Positions 10,896-19,743 of a stretch of 64,000 nucleotides of DNA are shown one piece after another. Position numbers and translations under genes: made by a program. Below the pieces are notes generated by a model. The model saw nothing but the letters and a program-made list of their open reading frames with translations. It had not been told where the DNA came from and did not search any database. The DNA comes from an uncultured Verrucomicrobiae bacterium (GTDB lineage: Bacteria > Verrucomicrobiota > Verrucomicrobiia > Chthoniobacterales > JAFAMB01): contig CAWAIK010000001.1 of NCBI GenBank assembly GCA_963782115.1, positions 608,001 through 672,000 of the forward strand, given 5' to 3'. Position 1 is the first letter of the stretch. Each line of letters starts with the position of its first letter.

Positions 10896-11630
10896 TCAGT
10901 AGGTGGCTCGTCCGCCTGAGAGATCGAAAGTGAAACCGGTGGTAAAGCTGCAACTCGGAGAAACGATGAACTCGACCATCGCCACCAATTCATCCAGTGT
11001 GCCGCAGCGACCCATCGGGATTTTGTCGGTCATGTATCTGATCTGTTGCTCCGGGAGCGCGTCTACCATCGGCGTCTGAATGACAGCGGGAGCCAACGCG
11101 TTCACCGTCACGCCGGTGCCGGCGACTTCTTTGCCCTGAACTTTGGTCATTCCGATCACCGCAGCCTTTGAGGCAGAATAAGCGATCATTCCGGCGTTGC
11201 CCTCCTTTCCGGCGATCGAGGCGATGTGGAGCAATCGACCGTATCCGCGCCTTACCATTTGTGGCAAGACGGCCTTGGAGGTGTGGTAGGAACCAAAAAA
11301 ATTGATCCGAAATACCCGTTCTACCTCTAAGGGATCCGTCTCATTGCTTTTCAAGTTGGTTTTTCCGGAAATTCCCGCACTATTCACCAGAACGTCGGTA
11401 GGTGGGAACTTCTCGAAGACCTCCGCGACTTCTGCCCAATTTGCCACATCACAGATTACGGGGACAAAGTTCTTTCCAAGAACTCCTGCCAGGTCCTCCA
11501 ATTGAGTCTTATTGATGTCGATGCCTCGCACGCTTGCGTCCAGTTGCGCGAAACGCGTGCAAATAGCGCGACCCAGTCCTGATGCTGCTCCGGTTACGAC
11601 GATATTCTGTGTCTTCCAGTCCTGATGCAT
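10896..11630 (-). CDS. Classical SDR oxidoreductase (sugar-acid dehydrogenase-like)
   Basis: TGAASGLG, ASIAGKEGN, YSASK, TFDLSGGRATY. Confidence 0.9.
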   Translation of the reverse strand: MHQDWKTQNIVVTGAASGLGRAICTRFAQLDASVRGIDINKTQLEDLAGVLGKNFVPVICDVANWAEVAEVFEKFPPTDVLVNSAGISGKTNLKSNETDPLEVERVFRINFFGSYHTSKAVLPQMVRRGYGRLLHIASIAGKEGNAGMIAYSASKAAVIGMTKVQGKEVAGTGVTVNALAPAVIQTPMVDALPEQQIRYMTDKIPMGRCGTLDELVAMVEFIVSPSCSFTTGFTFDLSGGRATY

Positions 11631-11778
11631 CAATCTAGGGCATGGTTGTGGCAGTGTAGGTGTTTTGTTGCTATCAAAATGGGCTGTCGGCAAGGCCGCG
11701 AAGAGGGATAGAATGAACAGACGCTCATGGATGATTTGTCAGAGATCAGGCGAACGTCCGTCGCAAAATTCGGTTCAG

Positions 11779-11985
11779 CTAAGCCTGCGGGCCTGTTTTA
11801 GTTGTTTCCGCTAAGAACTGCAAAATTTTCTCTGCCTGTTCGCGCGTAGGTCCTCCCTTGCCCTCCGTCCAACCGGTAAGCGTCTGCGGTGTAACTCCTA
11901 TAGCTTCAGCCACTTTGGGGGTGTGTTGCAGGATGATGTCGCGGTAGTTTCCTAGCGCGGTGAGTTGTTCTTGGGTCGGTTCCAT
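11779..11985 (-). CDS. Small XRE-type helix-turn-helix protein
   Basis: VAEAIGVTPQTLTGWTEGKGGP HTH pattern. Confidence 0.7.
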   Translation of the reverse strand: MEPTQEQLTALGNYRDIILQHTPKVAEAIGVTPQTLTGWTEGKGGPTREQAEKILQFLAETTKTGPQA

Positions 11986-12232
11986 GCATGAACGATACCA
12001 AAAATCGGAGCCGTGTGCCCAAACATTCCGGTGCGGTGACGATAAATGCTTACGTTGCTACAGGAGACTCGCCCGCACTCGCCGAAGCTTTGTTGTGTAT
12101 AAATCGGGGCTTTGGCCGGGGTATGCTTCGCGAACCGGCTTTGCCAGCCAACGAACAAAATTCCGGGAGCTAGCCTTTTCTACGAAGTCTGGCATACTGA
12201 CAGCGGGCACTTACTAGATCTTCCAGTTACTT

Positions 12233-12712
12233 ATGAAACCTATTCTCCTCGCCCTTGTCGTGGTGACAAGCTTCACGGTAGTTTTATTTCCACGTCGCGC
12301 GGCAGCGGTGCAGGTAACGCTGATTTTACGGAATATCGCGACCGACGATTTCGACGAGTGGAAGATAAAGCCTACGGAAAAATTTACGCGGACAACCGGT
12401 AAAATCGGACGAGAAAGCGGGGAGTTTGAGCAGACGTGGGATATAGGTAAAGCCGGAGGTGAGATACGATTTTGGTGGGCTCGCCTGACCGGGGAAGCTG
12501 ACGCTACGGTTCTGGTAGACAACATTGTTGTGTTCCAAGGCCATTGCATGCACGCCGGCGGCGGCAGTGTGCCGATGATCGATACGTGCCGTTACCCGCT
12601 CGTTTATAAAACCGACGGTGGTGGTCCTTACCTGCTGGACAAGCAAGGGTGGAACGCCACGCATCTTCTTTTTGCGACGTCGATGTTACTCGACCGCTTT
12701 GGCGGTCGCTGA
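12233..12712 (+). CDS. Hypothetical secreted protein
   Basis: Signal peptide MKPILLALVVV...AAA; 159-aa ORF. Confidence 0.6.
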   Translation: MKPILLALVVVTSFTVVLFPRRAAAVQVTLILRNIATDDFDEWKIKPTEKFTRTTGKIGRESGEFEQTWDIGKAGGEIRFWWARLTGEADATVLVDNIVVFQGHCMHAGGGSVPMIDTCRYPLVYKTDGGGPYLLDKQGWNATHLLFATSMLLDRFGGR

Positions 12713-12912
12713 ATTTTTTATTCACGAGTCTCGTGCGCGCCTCTCTGTTGCGGGAACGTATTATATAATCACCTGGGAGTATTTCTACTTTCAACTGTTT
12801 CAGCCTCGGGCGCAGAGAGTCCAGATTGCCATTCTGGTCGGCGGTCCAACTGCCTTCATTTTTTTTTGCACAAAATCTCACGAGCGCCTTCGCTTTTCAG
12901 AATATCGGGGTC

Positions 12913-13569
12913 TCAAAGCGTTTGCGTCCCGACAAATTCCGCGCTGTACGTGTCGAACTTTGCAACTGTCCCGTTTGGAGGCGGATTGCCGATTACGTAA
13001 CAGCCGGAACCGACGAATTGTTTGGACTGTGTATCAAATACCATGACGCAGCGAAGTTGGTTCGGCGGAACCCAGCGGGACGACATTTGTCCCCCTCCGG
13101 CGGCGGCTGCTGATTTCGCGTCCGCCTGCTTTTTTGCGTAATCCTCGAGCTGCCTTTTGGCCGGCCTCAGCGTTTCAATCGCGATATAACGGTGAGTGGC
13201 AGCGCGTCGCCGGCCTTTCCGAATGGCGACGAGGTAATCCTTCACTCTCTTGTTTGCGGTGGTCACTTGTGCCGGGGTTGGAGCGTAGGAGTAGTTAGAA
13301 TCGTAATCTCCGGCATAACCGGGATACCAGCTTCCCCAGAATGGGTCCCAAAAAGGCCCCTCATGGTGCGAGGGCGGTCCCGGATTATGTGGGCCGGACA
13401 TATTGCCGCCACCATGTGCCAGAGAGAGCGGGGAAAATGCGAGATAGCCAACTACTGCCGTACAGAAGGCCAATCGCGCTCTGGTGCCTGAGTGAGAGCG
13501 AAAAGGCAGGAATGAGATAAGGCTCAGGTCGTCGCGGCGCCTGAAAAGGAAGGATTTCGATGTTTTCAT
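12913..13569 (-). CDS. Hypothetical exported protein
   Basis: Hydrophobic signal ending SLA-HGGG, Gly/Pro/Trp/Tyr-rich linker, globular C-terminus (CVMVFDTQSKQFVG). Confidence 0.6.
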   Translation of the reverse strand: MKTSKSFLFRRRDDLSLISFLPFRSHSGTRARLAFCTAVVGYLAFSPLSLAHGGGNMSGPHNPGPPSHHEGPFWDPFWGSWYPGYAGDYDSNYSYAPTPAQVTTANKRVKDYLVAIRKGRRRAATHRYIAIETLRPAKRQLEDYAKKQADAKSAAAAGGGQMSSRWVPPNQLRCVMVFDTQSKQFVGSGCYVIGNPPPNGTVAKFDTYSAEFVGTQTL

Positions 13570-13693
13570 AGAATCGTCTGGACGAACGTGGTAGATCACA
13601 AAACTGAGCCGAGGATCCCTCGGCAACCATCTACGAACTTACCCATCGAATCTACGGGTTTTCTTTAGGAAATCAGATTAGAATCTTTGCCCG

Positions 13694-14197
13694 ATGAACC
13701 TAAGCCAAGATCTTGAGGTGATTGCCAAGCAGGAGCGGGAACTGGTGTTTCCTGAATTCGACGAAGAGCTTGCATGGAAGCTCGGGTCGCGATTGCGTGA
13801 AATTGCGTCAGCTCAGTCGTTCCCGGTGGTGATCGAGATAAAGCGGTTTGGCCAACCACTTTTCTACAGCGCCTTGAATGGCAGCACTCCGGACAACGCA
13901 GAATGGGTCAGGCGCAAAGGAAACACGGTGGCGCGTTTTCATCGCAGCTCCTACGCGATTGGCCTGGAGCTGAAAGAGTTGAATTCGTCCTTGACCGAGA
14001 GGTACGAGCTTTCTTCAGCGGATTACGCCTCGCATGGTGGATCCCTTCCCTTGAAGGTGGCCGGGGCCGGAGTGATCGGTTCCGTGACCGTGTCCGGGTT
14101 GCCGCAGCGGGCAGACCACGAACTGGTCGTGGAAGCTCTTTGCGGCCAGCTTGGACGAAATTATTTGGAATTTGCGCTACCAACCCAGGCAGGCTAG
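13694..14197 (+). CDS. Heme-degrading-domain (GlcG/HbpS-like, UPF0303) protein
   Basis: DNAEWVRRKGN, HGGSLP, VSGLPQRADH. Confidence 0.88.
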   Translation: MNLSQDLEVIAKQERELVFPEFDEELAWKLGSRLREIASAQSFPVVIEIKRFGQPLFYSALNGSTPDNAEWVRRKGNTVARFHRSSYAIGLELKELNSSLTERYELSSADYASHGGSLPLKVAGAGVIGSVTVSGLPQRADHELVVEALCGQLGRNYLEFALPTQAG

Positions 14198-14229
14198 CCG
14201 CGACGTTCGCGCTCGTGTGCCAGAGACTG

Positions 14230-14437
14230 CTACTTCATTCGGCTGGCATAATATTCCGGCACAACCGTACCCGGTTTTGTAAACCATTTTGGAACGTCGA
14301 CGCCGGAATAGAGAACGATATTCCCCCAAGGATCGAACGCCCCAGTCCGCACAATGAATTTCGCTTTGGCGGCGAGTTCGGTGAGGATTTCGGCGTGCGG
14401 AAAGGTCACCAGCTCCGCGCCGGCGAAGATCCGGTCA
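14230..14437 (-). pseudogene. C-terminal fragment of RbsD/FucU family protein
   Basis: PHAE...AKAKFIVRTGAFDPWGNIVLYSGV; 5' part absent. Confidence 0.7.
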
Positions 14438-14845
14438 GCCGTAGCAGAAATTCTGGCGCTGCTCTGTGAAAACCGGCAGGCGGAGCCATTGGATTCGTTC
14501 GGCGTTTTCCCCGAAGACTCGGCGGATGTGCGCGAGGCGCTCACCAGCATGGCGCTCTATCCTGATCGTCCGTGGCGAGTGGCCACTCTGGCCCGCCTTT
14601 GCCGGCTAAGCGAACCGCATTTCTATCGGAAATTTAAACAGGCAACCGGTTCAACTCCGATTGACTGGTTGCGACGGGAACGAATTAACCACGCACGCAG
14701 GCGCCTCCTCGAGAGCGGCGACCCCATCAAACAAATTTCCGAGCAGGTCGGATACAGCGACCCGTTTTTTTTTAGCAGGGATTTCAAACGGTACACAGGT
14801 GTGGCGCCGAAAAAATATCGGAACCAGCACATCCGCGAGATTTGA
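14438..14845 (+). pseudogene. AraC family regulator, C-terminal HTH fragment
   Basis: LARLCRLSEPHFYRKFK...VGYSDPFFFSRDFKRYTG; no N-terminal domain or credible start. Confidence 0.8.
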
Positions 14846-14894
14846 GTTCTGCACTGCCCGGATCTTACGAGCGTTGCCTCGCGACAGGACCAGG

Positions 14895-15131
14895 CTAGCC
14901 CGTTTGATTCTGGATCTCTGCGAAAGTAACAGACGCAACATCGACGCCGGTGGTCTGCTCCGGACTTAAAATCTCGATCCAGCCCGGAGCGATCTCGACG
15001 ACCAATCGACTATACGGGCTAACCCACGCCTGCTCGCGGCTGACCACATGGATCGAATTGCCACCGGTGCGGTGGATCGTGAACGGGTGCCAGTCTTTAG
15101 CCTTTAATAGGTCCCTAATTCGATCAATCAT
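14895..15131 (-). CDS. Small hypothetical protein
   Basis: 78-aa ORF (LLKAKDWHPFTIHRTGG) with ATG start. Confidence 0.55.
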   Translation of the reverse strand: MIDRIRDLLKAKDWHPFTIHRTGGNSIHVVSREQAWVSPYSRLVVEIAPGWIEILSPEQTTGVDVASVTFAEIQNQTG

Positions 15132-15299
15132 GAGCTATGGCTAATCCCAAAACCGATCGGATACAAGCCCTGCGTGCGACACCCGCTCATCAAAATGAAA
15201 GCCTGTGTCGCGATGTTGGTCGAGAGGGGTCACTGGTTGCTGCTATCGCGTCACGGAGAACGTTGCAGTAGCTCCGCATCGCTCCGAACGCTCGATTGA

Positions 15300-15432
15300 G
15301 TGCTGTTGCGCGGTTTGAGAGTCAGACGCCCAGACGAATCTTAGTCAGCCGAACGTTCGGACTCGCAGATTGCGAAAAACCCAGAGCGTGGCTTGGCCGA
15401 GTGTCTTTAAGGCGGTAGGGCCGCTTTTGCGC
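15300..15432 (-). pseudogene. Inverted, diverged remnant of the 3' end of the neighbouring RAYT-like transposase
   Basis: Reverse complement aligns with 16981-17113 and reads RKSGPTALKTLGQATLWVFRNLRVRTFG*. Confidence 0.85.
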
Positions 15433-15474
15433 TGGAGATTATATGGGGGACAGTGGAGATTATATGGGGGACAG
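15433..15474. repeat. Perfect 21-bp tandem duplication TGGAGATTATATGGGGGACAG x2 at the left element end
   Basis: Direct reading; reverse complement matches the CTGTCCCC..CTCCA repeat family. Confidence 0.95.
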
Positions 15475-15649
15475 GTCAGATAACAGAAAGTGCACGAGGC
15501 GCAACCTGCCGCGGGAGCTTTCCGTAGGCGAACCGTCTCCTCTTTGCTCCTCGCAACCTCGCAAGCCCATAACTCCCTCTCCGGATCACATTAACGTGAT
15601 CCCGCCGATGACGTTCCCCAACTCCGAGTCTACGTTCAGATAGATATAT

Positions 15650-15781
15650 ATGAGAATATTCCTAATTTGTTTGGCGGCAGCTTTGCTCGGCGGATGCGTC
15701 GGCTCTGATGAAGTTTACGTTGGCCCGCGTCTGGATTTTAGGCCCAGCGATCGACCCAATTATGAATTTCCACCGGGCTAA
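15650..15781 (+). CDS. 43-aa putative lipoprotein (not in the ORF track)
   Basis: MRIFLICLAAALLGGC-VGSDEVYVGPRLDFRPSDRPNYEFPPG*; lipobox LGGC. Confidence 0.6.
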   Translation: MRIFLICLAAALLGGCVGSDEVYVGPRLDFRPSDRPNYEFPPG

Positions 15782-16064
15782 CGGGTCAGAAGTCAAGCTA
15801 TTCGCGTCACCGAGAGTCAGAGCCCGTTAAACGTCGCGTTCCACTCAAGTCAGTGTTTTGAGCAGCAAGGGCGCCTTCTGGGCCCGGGAGGTGGTAAACT
15901 GAATCGGCGCCAACTTGCCCTCAACGAACGGCAAAATCTATTGGGAACACTGAAAATCGCCATCCGAGTTGCCAAAGATCCAAACAGAGGACGGATCAAA
16001 TATTGAGGTGATAACCAATTTTATACTACACTTTTATTTCATGTTGTGTACTGTGGCTCCTGTC

Positions 16065-17068
16065 ATGCGTTTCCCACGAGTCAAAGCCGAGGGTCAGGGT
16101 TTTTACCACTGCCTCTCTCGAACCGTTGAGGGCCGCTTTATCTTCGGCTCTGCTGCCGGGCCTTGTTTTGAGGCCGAGCAATTTCTCACCTTGATGCGCC
16201 GTCTGGAGGCTTTCAGTGGGGTTCGGGTCCGGACCTACGTTCTGATGGCTACCCATTTCCATCTGCTTTGTGAAGTGCCTGAACCCAGGCCTTTGTCGCA
16301 AAGCGAAGTGCTTGAACGCATCCACGCCGGCTACGGCCCGGAACGTGTGCAGGTCCTCGAGCAGCAATTAGCGCGCTTTGCTGAGCAGCCCGATGGAATG
16401 GCTCAGAGCAATCGCCTGCTGAAACCTTATCGCAAGCGGATGAATGACCTCTCGATCTTTATCAAAGAGCTCAAAGGCCGTTTTGCCCAGTGGTACAACC
16501 GCCGGCACGGCCGATACGGCACTCTGTGGGCCGAGCGTTTCAAAAGTCTTCTGTTGGAGGGGGCCGGGCCGTAGCGACGGTGGCCGCCTACATTGATCTT
16601 AATCCGGTTCGAGCAGCTCTGTGTTCGGACCCTAAGGAGTATCGTTACTGCGGTTACGCTGAGGCACTGGCCAAGGGGTCCGCTTTAGCCCTTGAAGGAA
16701 TCAGGGTCATCCTTGATCTGCCGCAGACCACGTGTTGCAAGGAACTGAGCAGAGAATATCGCAAGCACCTGTTTTTGAGAGGCGCTGCTGCAACCGAGAA
16801 CAACCCGCCAGCCTTCGATTTGGCCAAAGCCCAGGAAGTCGTCGAACAGGAGAACGGCGAACTTTCGCCCCAAGAACGGCTGCGCTGCAGAATTCGCTAC
16901 TTTAGCGACGGAGTCATCCTGGGGAGCCGCTCCTTTGTGGAATCTCATAGCCAGCGGCTAAAGCAAAAGACCGGCTACAAGCGCAAAAGCGGCCCTACCG
17001 CCTTAAAGGCCATCGGCCAAGCCACGCTCTGGGTCTTTCGCAATCTGCGAGTCCGGAGGTTCGGCTAA
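16065..17068 (+). CDS. REP-associated tyrosine transposase (Y1 HUH), frameshift in a G-run near 16560
   Basis: YHCLSR, YVLMATHFHLL (HUH), GTLWAERFKS, AAYIDLNPVRA (catalytic Tyr), RIRYFSDG. Confidence 0.9.
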
Positions 17069-17328
17069 CTAAGATTGGTCTTGGGCCGCCTGACTCTCAC
17101 CGGGCAACGGCACGCCACCGAGGGGTTGGAATGGTGCCGTACTGCCCCGTCACAGCTGCTGCCCAAAGTAGATATCGGTCCGCTGAGGATTAGCGTTTCC
17201 GTGCCGGTCTGGCTCAGCGTACCAGCCTGAGAGGCTGCCGGTGCGCCGGGAGTCGAAAAAACAAACGAACCGGGGTGCTTCGCCTACCGAAGGGTTCTCC
17301 GCGGTAGGTTGCGCTCGGCACTTGCTGC

Positions 17329-18418
17329 TATCTGACCTGTCCTCTCGGCGACGCTGCACCTTTTTTTTAGCGCTCGAGATCGGACCTGTCCCCATTGCTC
17401 CACGCCGACCATGAAATGGTGTTGGTCTGCGAACCCGGCCATCAACAGAGATGCGCTGGCAGCGGTTTCGGCAAGCGACGTAAAATCGACGTGAGCCGTG
17501 ATGTTATCTCTCCCGGTCGCTCGAGCGGGTTGTAAAGCCAGACCGGGACGGAAACACTGATCCTCACGGGCTTGCGAGCAGGCTTTATCTTCAGAACCCG
17601 CTGATGATGCTCCGGCCGATCGGTGATTAGGGCGCTTAGCCAAATTGATTCTCTTTGATCAGCAACGCGACGCTCCTTTTTGGAACGCGCGACATCCCAC
17701 CTGTCCCCATTTCGACCTCGTGCAATACCTGACCTGTCCCTTTGCTCCAGCCTCCTGACCTGTCCCTTTGCTCCAGCCTTTGATCCATCTCAGCCATACG
17801 CGAGATCTGACCTGTCCCCCTTGCTCCACTTTGTTGCTTGGCTTTGTAACGCGTCAATATCCGACCTGTCCCCATTGATCCACCATTTCTCATATTTATC
17901 TGAACGTAGACTCGGAGCTGGGGAACGTCATCGCGGGATCACGCTTAATGCGAGCCGGAGAAGGCGGTATGGGCTTGCGGATAGACTTTATCCAAGCTGG
18001 CGCGCAGAACCCGGTGATGACGCTGCGGCGATCAGCGATGAGGGCGTTCGGTTAACAAGTCTTCTTCGATCAGCAACGCGGCACTCTCTTCGGAGCGCGT
18101 GAGGTCTGACCTGTCCCCATCGCTCCTCCGACAGTCAGACAAGCGGCGGAAAAACGCACCGCGTTCAATATTTGACCTGTCCCTTGTTGCTTGGGTTTGT
18201 AACGCGTCAATATCCGACCTGTCCCCATTAATCCATCTCCTGTCCCCATCAATCCATCTCAGCCATACGCGAGATCCGACCTGTCCCCTTTGCTCCATTG
18301 TCCCCTTTGCTCCATTCTTGATCCGTTTTCTCCCTTGCTCTGTTTCTGTCCCCTTTGCTCCATTGCTCCACTACTCCAGTTCCCCATTTCTCCAGTCCGA
18401 CTTGTCCCCCTTGCTCCA
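17329..18418 (+). repeat. Co-oriented array of ~15 REP-like repeats, consensus ATC(C/T)GACCTGTCCCC(A/T)TTGCTCCA
   Basis: Cores at about 17334, 17383, 17698, 17731, 17757, 17809, 17863, 18108, 18174, 18216, 18239, 18278, 18299, 18346, 18399; inverted copies at 15466-15482 and 15986-16006. Confidence 0.9.
17403..17535 (-). pseudogene. Diverged duplicate of an internal segment (18652-18785) of the adjacent methyltransferase gene
   Basis: Hand alignment: 10 substitutions and 1 indel over 134 bp; encodes ITAHVDFTSLAETAASAS...DQHHFMVG. Confidence 0.9.
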
Positions 18419-18439
18419 GCACTGACCCTGAGAACTGCG

Positions 18440-19600
18440 CTAGAGCGATCTCCAAGGGGTCGGCGAGTATTTGAAGCCGCTCAATTGCGGGTGGCCGTTG
18501 AGCCCTTTGGTGAGCAGCAAGAACTTAAATGCCATGCCCATTGTCCCCGGATGCATCAGCGTTCGATATGGCCCCAGAAACGCCGCGTGTGCCGGTGTCA
18601 ATCCTTCGGTCTCGACCGCCTTCTCAAGCGCCAGGAGCCTGGACTCGGCTGCGCCGACCATGAAATGGTGCTGGTCTGCGTACCCGGCCACCTTGAGAGA
18701 TGCGCTGGCAGCAGTTTCGGCAAGCGATGTAAAATCGACGTGTGCCGTGATGTCTATCTCTCCCGGCCGCTCGAGCGGGTTGTAAGACCGCCGATGCCGC
18801 GAATAACACGTTAATGTTCCTTCAGTGCGTTCCGGCTTATAGTATTCGCCGCGGGAGAATCCGTAATCGACAATTAGCATAAACCCGCGTTCGAGCCTGG
18901 CGCTGACCGCCTGAATCCAGCGCGTGGCCGCCAGATTCACTTCCGTTCTGTACGGTGAGAGGACGGGCAGCGGCAATTTATCAAGGGCTTGGAGCAGTTC
19001 AGGCGCCTCGATCTTCGCTCCTACAAAGCCGAAATCCTCCCCGGAAATATCCACTAGCAGTTCCGACCATTCATCGTCTCGATAAACGACAAGGTGGACA
19101 GGCATTGCGTCAACCAGTTCATTCGAAATGAACGCTCCTGTGACGGCCTCGAGGTCGGCCAACCCGGTCAGCCATGTCATTTTTTCGAGAAAAGCAGGCT
19201 CCAACTTTGCCCGTTGTTGCAGCTGTTTTCCGGGTATCGGCTCGAGGATGGTGTAACGAATGCATTCGGCGGCTTCGATGGATTCTTCCGTTATCGCGGA
19301 AAGGATATCCATCGCCAACTGGCCATCCTCGGCGCCTTCTTCAACGATCGTGAAACGAGATGGACTCCCGAGGATTTTCCACATTTCAATGAGCTGAGAA
19401 GCCAATAACTGTCCGTAGAGACGGCCGACACTGACATTGGTGTAGTAATCTCCTTGTCTGCCGATCCGGAGGCGCGTCGAGGTGTAATATCCGTATTCAG
19501 GGTGGTAAAGCGCCTGCTCCATGAACCAGGGAAACGGGGCCGGACCGTGGCGCAGAAGGTGGTCCCGGATTAAGGCGACGAGCGGCAAGGATCCTGGCAT
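18440..19600 (-). CDS. SAM-dependent methyltransferase, MidA/NDUFAF7 family
   Basis: FMEQALYHPEYGYY, GDYYT, SNELVDAMP, VDYG, DITAHVDF. Confidence 0.9.
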   Translation of the reverse strand: MPGSLPLVALIRDHLLRHGPAPFPWFMEQALYHPEYGYYTSTRLRIGRQGDYYTNVSVGRLYGQLLASQLIEMWKILGSPSRFTIVEEGAEDGQLAMDILSAITEESIEAAECIRYTILEPIPGKQLQQRAKLEPAFLEKMTWLTGLADLEAVTGAFISNELVDAMPVHLVVYRDDEWSELLVDISGEDFGFVGAKIEAPELLQALDKLPLPVLSPYRTEVNLAATRWIQAVSARLERGFMLIVDYGFSRGEYYKPERTEGTLTCYSRHRRSYNPLERPGEIDITAHVDFTSLAETAASASLKVAGYADQHHFMVGAAESRLLALEKAVETEGLTPAHAAFLGPYRTLMHPGTMGMAFKFLLLTKGLNGHPQLSGFKYSPTPWRSL

Positions 19601-19743
19601 CGGAGCAGCGGAATGTTCGACAATGGAAAATTCGAGTGGATAGTCAACCTGAAATCCCTGGATAGCGGGACGGTGCACCTAAACTTTCCATTTGATCCGG
19701 GCGGCAGCCCGTGAAAGGGGTTTTGGACCGAGCAGTGTACTAT

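Larger units (their letters stand above)
15469..17342 (+). mobile_element. HUH/Y1 (RAYT-like) element bounded by ~64-bp imperfect inverted repeats
   Basis: 15469-15532 is the imperfect reverse complement of 17279-17342 (TTCGCCTAC...AGGTTGCG...TATCTGACCTGTCC); encloses a transposase and a small lipoprotein ORF. Confidence 0.75.

Noticed and set aside
17329..18418. CRISPR array
   Set aside because: Repeats are degenerate, spacing is very irregular (about 20-315 bp), spacers are re-used and there are no cas genes; the neighbour is a Y1 transposase
17636..18455. ORFs within the repeat array (MGTG/DLSP-repeat peptides)
   Set aside because: They are translations of the DNA repeat in several frames, with no RBS or domain evidence
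17403..18785. Diversity-generating retroelement TR/VR pair
   Set aside because: Differences are not adenine-specific, are mostly synonymous, and no reverse transcriptase is present
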